Source of the DNA: a virus
Taxonomy: Duplodnaviria > Caudoviricetes
Length of the DNA: 51,772 nt
Direction: 5' to 3' (one strand)
Virus record (IMG/VR): IMGVR_UViG_3300045996_001760
Location: 1-51,772 of that record
In this document: piece after piece, positions 46,712 through 51,772 of the stretch
Position numbering within the stretch: position 1 is the stretch's first letter
How the letters are laid out: every line of letters starts with the position of its first letter
Position numbers and translations under genes: made by a program
The notes under the pieces: generated by a model
The model's input: the letters and a program-made list of their open reading frames with translations, nothing else
Told to the model about the DNA's origin: nothing
Databases searched by the model: none

Positions 46712-48355
46712 TTACACCGTTGCCGTTACGTTGACCGGGTCCACCAAGTGGATCGCGCCGGCCAATCGGAAAGAGATTGTGATGTCTCGCAGCACGCGCG
46801 CCGCGCGATCGATTTCGTCCGTGTCGGCCAAGGTCGGGACCTGGACCGAGGGCTCGTTCCCGTCCGCGTCGGTGGCTGCAATGCCGCCCGTCTTGCGGCC
46901 GGCTTTGAGCTGCGCGCGACACGCGGCCTCGTACAAGGCCAGGCCGGTCTCGTCGAAGGGAACGATTTCGTTGTCCAGCTGGACCGTTGCCAGGCGTTCC
47001 TGCAAGCGCACGCGGAACCAATCCAGGAACCGCACCACATCCGCATACTCGCCCGAGGCCGTCTTACCCCCGAGGGTGTGCGAGCGAGTCTTGGACGTGG
47101 TGATGTAGGGCTGAAGGTTGTAGCCCACGATCGCGGTCTTCTCGCTCGAGGTGAGCACGTCCGCGATCTGGCCGCGGAGTTGCTTTGCGTGCCACGTCCC
47201 GCCGTACCCACGCGAGCCCGGGTCATGTGGGAAGCGCTCGGCGCACATACGGACGCCGCCGTACGCGCCGGTGTCGTTGCCGTTGAAAATGCCGATGCTT
47301 CGGGCGTAGCCCTTGCCCTTGAGGATCTGGCCGATGTTCGTGGTTTGGCCCGCGACGCAGTCGCGCCAGCTGGACGTGTTGTAGCCGAAGATCAGCAACT
47401 GGGTTTCGGCCCAGTCCGCGGCCTCTTCCGTGATCAGCGCGGCATTGTGCCAGATCGCGAGGCCGTACCAGTCATCATCTAACACACGCAGCGCCGCGAG
47501 GTCCGCCGTGATACCGGGGTCCGCGGTGACGTCCTCGAACTTGATACGATCCCGCCGCCAATTCTTCACGAAGAACAGCCGGCCGCTTGTCGACTTGATA
47601 TCGATGTATGTTGCCGTGGCGTTGTCCGGGGTGACCGTGACACCGGGGAAGCCCGCTGCGAGGATCGCGGCTTGCAGTCCGTCGCAAATCTCGTCCACCG
47701 TCGCGCTTGCATCACTCGTGTAGCTGATCGCGGCGGTTTTGCCCTTGGTGTAGCCGGTGAAGGCGTACTCAACTTGATTCACCACGATGGGCGTCAAGCG
47801 CAGGGTCTGGCCTGGGGTGTTGTCCACCACGGTCAAGCGCGCGGTGTTCCAGCCCGCGAACTTGAGCACGTTCCCGCCCGTGATCGTCAAGGTCACGTTC
47901 GTGGTGTTGTCCGTAGCTACCACGTGGCTCAGGTTCGCGTTTGCAATGATCGCGGCGCGCAGGCCAGTGCAGATCTCGGCTACCGTCGCGCTACCATCGG
48001 ACGTGTAGCTGATCGACTCCAGGTCGAGGTCGTTCTCCCCGAGCTGAATTGCGTACGCTACGCTGTTCGTAGCGATCGGGGTGAGGACGATCGTCTGCAC
48101 TGGGCGCGAGGTGAGCTTACCCAGCTTGATCTTCTTCGGCTTCGGGCGCTGCGCAAAGCCAGCTTGAAGCATCAGATAGACCGGATCGTCGGTCTCGAAG
48201 CCGTCAGCCACCGCCTCGTCCGCGCTCAGGTACTCGCGGATTTCGTCTGCAAACTTGTTGTGGAAAGCAGCGATTAGCAGCGTGCCGAAACCGACTTGCG
48301 AGAGCGCGGCCCCGCCGGTCGAAACCACGATATTTGAGAAGTCGTCAAGGGCCAT
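46712..48355 (-). CDS. Contractile tail sheath (DUF3383-like) with duplicated outer domain
   Basis: GFGTLLI, FAQRPKP, DWYG and GEYADVVRFLDW...GAIH motifs; SD GGAG. Confidence 0.88.
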   Translation of the reverse strand: MALDDFSNIVVSTGGAALSQVGFGTLLIAAFHNKFADEIREYLSADEAVADGFETDDPVYLMLQAGFAQRPKPKKIKLGKLTSRPVQTIVLTPIATNSVAYAIQLGENDLDLESISYTSDGSATVAEICTGLRAAIIANANLSHVVATDNTTNVTLTITGGNVLKFAGWNTARLTVVDNTPGQTLRLTPIVVNQVEYAFTGYTKGKTAAISYTSDASATVDEICDGLQAAILAAGFPGVTVTPDNATATYIDIKSTSGRLFFVKNWRRDRIKFEDVTADPGITADLAALRVLDDDWYGLAIWHNAALITEEAADWAETQLLIFGYNTSSWRDCVAGQTTNIGQILKGKGYARSIGIFNGNDTGAYGGVRMCAERFPHDPGSRGYGGTWHAKQLRGQIADVLTSSEKTAIVGYNLQPYITTSKTRSHTLGGKTASGEYADVVRFLDWFRVRLQERLATVQLDNEIVPFDETGLALYEAACRAQLKAGRKTGGIAATDADGNEPSVQVPTLADTDEIDRAARVLRDITISFRLAGAIHLVDPVNVTATV

Positions 48356-48368
48356 GCAAGTTGCTCCA

Positions 48369-48409
48369 ATTGTGTCAGGGCCTGGGCCCTGGGTCAAGTT
48401 TGACCCAGG
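48369..48409 (-). promoter_or_regulatory. Sheath promoter overlapped by a perfect palindrome
   Basis: TTGACC-N17-CACAAT; CCTGGGTCAA-gt-TTGACCCAGG. Confidence 0.6.
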
Positions 48410-48419
48410 ACCAGGCTAT

Positions 48420-49976
48420 TTACGGGATTTGGACTCGGACTTGGCCGGCTAGGACGGTGCCCGTGAGGCCGATCGTGCCGAGCCGGGTCGCGGAATAGAG
48501 CAACGTTCCGCCGCTCGTCAGAGTATGGAAAGCTACGTGTGTGCCTGTGCCTTGGTGGGCTAGCGCGATATCCACGGCGGACGCCATGATGCCAGCCGAG
48601 GACGTGCCGAAGGCGGTGGCCTTGGTTAGGCTAGTGCGCGTGCCCGCTTGCGTGCCCGCGCCTTGCGGGTCACCTGCGTAGTAACTCATGTGTACCGTGG
48701 TGTCCGCGGTATAGGCGGTAGCGCCGAACATCAGGCCCAGCATGCGGTGTACGACGGTGTCGACGAAACCGCCGGCCGCGGCCGTGATCACGAACGCGCC
48801 GATCGCGATCGAGAAGGGCCCCGTCCCGACGTTCACGGGTACGGGCGTGAAGGTGTCGCTTGCGAGTACAACGCCCGCGCCTTCCGTGCCGCTAGTCGTG
48901 ATGCGCGCTTCGACCACGTCAGACCAAGAACCGGTAGGAGTCGGGAATGTCCACGCAGTCAAGTTGCTCACCGCGCGCCCGCTGGGCGTGGACCAGTTGC
49001 TGGTGTTGTTGGTCTTGCTTTGCACCGCGTAGCCGTTGCCGCTGATCGGCACGCCACCGGCTGCATACAAGTGCATATAGTGTGTGGCCGCGGGCGAGTA
49101 TGCGCCCTTGTTCATTTCGTGGTTGATCAGCGAATCTTTCGCCGTCGTTGATAGTGCGCCCATGGGGACTAGCTCCTTTATTGCTTGGACGATCGGCGTA
49201 GCGACGTCGGTGTAGCCTTGTTGTGTGAAGTGCAGATTGTCCGGCTCGATCGAGTATAGGTTCTCGCCCGAGGGGCCGTCTGTGTATACGCGTCGACCGA
49301 GGGGGCCCGTTGCCGGACACCAGATCTCTTGTTGCGCGCGGATCTCAGCTGCCCAATTCGGGGGCGGCCCTGACGTGCCGCTCTGCCAAAAGTTGATTTG
49401 CGACATCACGCAAACTTTGGGGACGGACTGACCTACCAAGGCTTCGAGGTCTGCGTGATGGATCTGCGTGTCCGCTGCCCACGCTGCGACGATCGGCGGA
49501 TAGCCTGACGTGGTAGGCAAGCGCATATCGCTTGTACCTTGGTCGCGCACGTGGACGTGACGGAAGGTAGCGCCCGGGCGGAGTGCTTGCAGCGCGGCCC
49601 AAGCCGCGCGGCTCTGGCCTAGCCAGCTATCTGAGCTCGGGCTCGATACGTTGCCCCATACGTAATCTGTGCCTGGTTTCCACATATATGCATACGTGGA
49701 TCCGCGGCTTAGGTTGATGATTACGACGTCGTAACCCGCTTCGACTAGCAGGCGTCCGATCGTGGCGTCGCTACCGTGCGCAACGTGGCCAGCTCCGCCA
49801 TTTCCGTGCAGGTCGTGGAAAGCGGCCGATGGCGTACCTTCGCCGCCAACAAGCGTAGTGCCTAGGAAGGTGTCCCAATAGGGCACGCTGGCCAACGTGA
49901 TCAACTCGCTTGGGTTAGCCCCCCAGGCGTTGCTTTGGCCAGTATGCCAAATGACTAGAACGGCGTTACGTGCCAT
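48420..49976 (-). CDS. SGNH/sialate O-acetylesterase-like domain fused to two virion-type beta repeats
   Basis: GQSNA...DNLHF; related repeats AYSPAATHYMHLY and AYTADTTVHMSYY. Confidence 0.72.
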   Translation of the reverse strand: MARNAVLVIWHTGQSNAWGANPSELITLASVPYWDTFLGTTLVGGEGTPSAAFHDLHGNGGAGHVAHGSDATIGRLLVEAGYDVVIINLSRGSTYAYMWKPGTDYVWGNVSSPSSDSWLGQSRAAWAALQALRPGATFRHVHVRDQGTSDMRLPTTSGYPPIVAAWAADTQIHHADLEALVGQSVPKVCVMSQINFWQSGTSGPPPNWAAEIRAQQEIWCPATGPLGRRVYTDGPSGENLYSIEPDNLHFTQQGYTDVATPIVQAIKELVPMGALSTTAKDSLINHEMNKGAYSPAATHYMHLYAAGGVPISGNGYAVQSKTNNTSNWSTPSGRAVSNLTAWTFPTPTGSWSDVVEARITTSGTEGAGVVLASDTFTPVPVNVGTGPFSIAIGAFVITAAAGGFVDTVVHRMLGLMFGATAYTADTTVHMSYYAGDPQGAGTQAGTRTSLTKATAFGTSSAGIMASAVDIALAHQGTGTHVAFHTLTSGGTLLYSATRLGTIGLTGTVLAGQVRVQIP

Positions 49977-49977
49977 A

Positions 49978-50934
49978 TCAAGCCCATTTCGCAACTAGGT
50001 AGTTATACACGCGGGTTAAAGCCGCGGCGTCCAGCTGAGCGCTGAATACTAGGACTTCAGCGATCAGACCGACCCATGGCCCATCAGGAGTGGAATCCGG
50101 CCTGCCACCGATTGAATACCGATCCGGACCTACCCCGGTGGAGTATTGGGGATCAGGCACACCCGCGGGGACAACGGCCGTGCCGTTGTTCTCACGGAAG
50201 TTGACGCCCACGCCCAAGGAGTCCCACGAAATGATCGTCTTCACCCCCGAGGCCGGGACGCCGGTGCGCGCGGCTGTAGTGCCGGCGGCAGGCGCGGTGC
50301 ACGCGTACTCATATTGAGCAACGCCAGGACGGAGGCCCCAGTATCGAGTAGACGAGGATTGCACCGCCGAATTGCCGAGAGCGAAGATGTTGCCGCTCCC
50401 CGTGGCCAAGTCCGCCGAGGCGTACCAGATCACGGTAAAGGGCTTAGCCCCGGGGTTCGGGCAATCGAACGCCGAAATCACAGCGGCTTCAGTGGCGATC
50501 GGCGCATGCCCGATCAGCGTGGGGTGAATACAGGGCTTGCCGTTCCAACCTGTGGCTTCGTATGGGACCGGCGTTCCTGGTGTTAGGTCCACGCCAGTGA
50601 CTCTGTTCTTGTATGCAGTGAGGGTCGCTCCGCTGATCGTCTTAGACCCTGCATCGAGCATATCGATCCAGACCTGCAGGTTCCCTTCGGCCAGCGGCGA
50701 ATATGCCGAGTAGCCACCTGTAACGACAACGTCGAGGGGTTGCGAAACGACGATTAGGCCTTGGGTGTGCGGGGCCACGTCCACGCCAATCGTCTGAGAA
50801 ACGGTTACCGTGTCCGCCGGGGGCTCCGGGTCTGGTGGGTCGGGCGGATCGGGCGTGACGGCCGCGGCGCTGGCAGCTGACAGGTAAAGGCTTCCGACCT
50901 TCACCACGATATTCGAGAAGTCATCTAGTCCCAT
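49978..50934 (-). CDS. Sheath-like N-terminus, Pro linker and LamG/concanavalin-like domain
   Basis: MGLDDFSNIVV; PDPPDPPDPEPP; LQVWID...WVGLIAEVLVFS..L......VYNYL..KW. Confidence 0.7.
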   Translation of the reverse strand: MGLDDFSNIVVKVGSLYLSAASAAAVTPDPPDPPDPEPPADTVTVSQTIGVDVAPHTQGLIVVSQPLDVVVTGGYSAYSPLAEGNLQVWIDMLDAGSKTISGATLTAYKNRVTGVDLTPGTPVPYEATGWNGKPCIHPTLIGHAPIATEAAVISAFDCPNPGAKPFTVIWYASADLATGSGNIFALGNSAVQSSSTRYWGLRPGVAQYEYACTAPAAGTTAARTGVPASGVKTIISWDSLGVGVNFRENNGTAVVPAGVPDPQYSTGVGPDRYSIGGRPDSTPDGPWVGLIAEVLVFSAQLDAAALTRVYNYLVAKWA

Positions 50935-51515
50935 TAGGGCTCCAATCCTGTGATCGTCGCTTCGGCGCGCTCGATCGTTGTGACGGCTTCGTCCGAGGCC
51001 GCGTCCACTGCGTTCAGAACCAACTCAAAAAGCGCGACGCTGATCTCGCGGTTCGCGAAACTGCTGCCCGAAAAGTCCCGGGTCAGCCCGATACTTACGA
51101 TCGACAGACCGAGCGCGCGCAACTCACGTTGCGCACTGGGCAAGCGCAGGCGCGTGCGAAGGCGTTCGCTGTATAGCTTCGCGGTGACGTCCTGAAAGTG
51201 GCACTCAACCTTGACGGTGTAGGTAAGAACGCGGTGACCGCTCGACGTATATACAACCCCGCCGAGCCGCGCCGAAGGGTCGTTCGGATCAGGCTCGTAC
51301 GTGTCGCCCTCGATTTCCGCGTCGGGGTCATACTCCACGCGCAACTCGTCTTGCGCTACGCCCGCGATCGATGTGAGTCGGAAGGTGACTTGTGCTTGCG
51401 TAGCGTCGTCGCAGTAACCGCCGGAACGATTCTCCGGATCGGATCCTGGTACGCCGGAAAGCCGATCGAACAAGGCGGATAGTCCCGCGTCCAGAGAGCC
51501 AGGCGCCAGACTCAC
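50934..51515 (-). CDS. Neck/tail terminator protein
   Basis: 193 aa after the gp10-like gene; synteny. Confidence 0.65.
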   Translation of the reverse strand: MSLAPGSLDAGLSALFDRLSGVPGSDPENRSGGYCDDATQAQVTFRLTSIAGVAQDELRVEYDPDAEIEGDTYEPDPNDPSARLGGVVYTSSGHRVLTYTVKVECHFQDVTAKLYSERLRTRLRLPSAQRELRALGLSIVSIGLTRDFSGSSFANREISVALFELVLNAVDAASDEAVTTIERAEATITGLEP

Positions 51516-51772
51516 GTGAGCACCGTCCCCTGCGCGTCGGTCACTACGTGAGTGATCGCGCTGCGTGACTGCCCGCTAGCGATCAGCGGGGTAGCCGCGC
51601 CGGGGTATTTTGCAAGCTTCTTCTTCAAGTACTCGGGGCTGAGCGGGGGCGGGATGCCTTCAGCCATGCGGGCCTGTATCTCGCCAACGATCTTGAAGCC
51701 GATCAGCTTCAGACCTGCGACCGCCGAGATCTTGCCGAGGGCTGTTTGCACGCCAACGCGCTTGACCATTTC
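51512..51772 (-). CDS. 3' part of the neck gene that starts at 364
   Basis: In frame across the terminal overlap. Confidence 0.8.
   Translation of the reverse strand, partial: EMVKRVGVQTALGKISAVAGLKLIGFKIVGEIQARMAEGIPPPLSPEYLKKKLAKYPGAATPLIASGQSRSAITHVVTDAQGTVLT

Noticed and set aside
51646-51772. 127-bp terminal repeat as a biological DTR
   Set aside because: The length matches a common assembler k-mer and the repeat falls mid-gene, so a circular overlap is the simpler explanation.

Overview
The window is an apparently complete, circularly permuted, GC-rich tailed-phage genome of about 51.6 kb. Bases 1-127 repeat exactly at 51646-51772, most likely an assembly overlap, and one neck gene crosses the junction. 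It encodes a contractile-tail (myovirus-type) virion on the minus strand: TerL, portal, MuF, DUF2213-like protein, decoration protein, major capsid protein, neck genes, sheath, tube, frameshifted tail chaperone, tape measure, baseplate, Asp-box fibre and endolysin. A plus-strand replication arm carries a primase-helicase, HNH, PD-(D/E)XK nuclease, SF2 helicase, SSB-like protein, a split family-A DNA polymerase, RuvC-like resolvase, phosphoesterase and DNA methyltransferase. Two arms of small early genes diverge from a repeat- and hairpin-rich control region at about 17.5-18.1 kb. No integrase, CRISPR array or complete tRNA was recognised. A Myxococcota-like host is a weak inference. The most unusual items are: (1) a 2.5-kb two-gene insert ahead of the sheath, whose first protein starts with a copy of the sheath N-terminal arm, then a Pro linker and a lectin-like domain, and whose second protein is an SGNH esterase fused to virion-type repeats with an internal start; (2) PolA split at an ATGA overlap; (3) MuF with a C-terminal extension plus an independently promoted small downstream gene; (4) three proteins with long acidic blocks, two of them microsatellite-encoded; (5) an antisense cassette between terL and portal; (6) a one-armed tRNA-like element; and (7) a shared TGACCC(AGG) operator-like motif with leaderless promoters. 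All family assignments are by eye from motifs and synteny; no searches were run.
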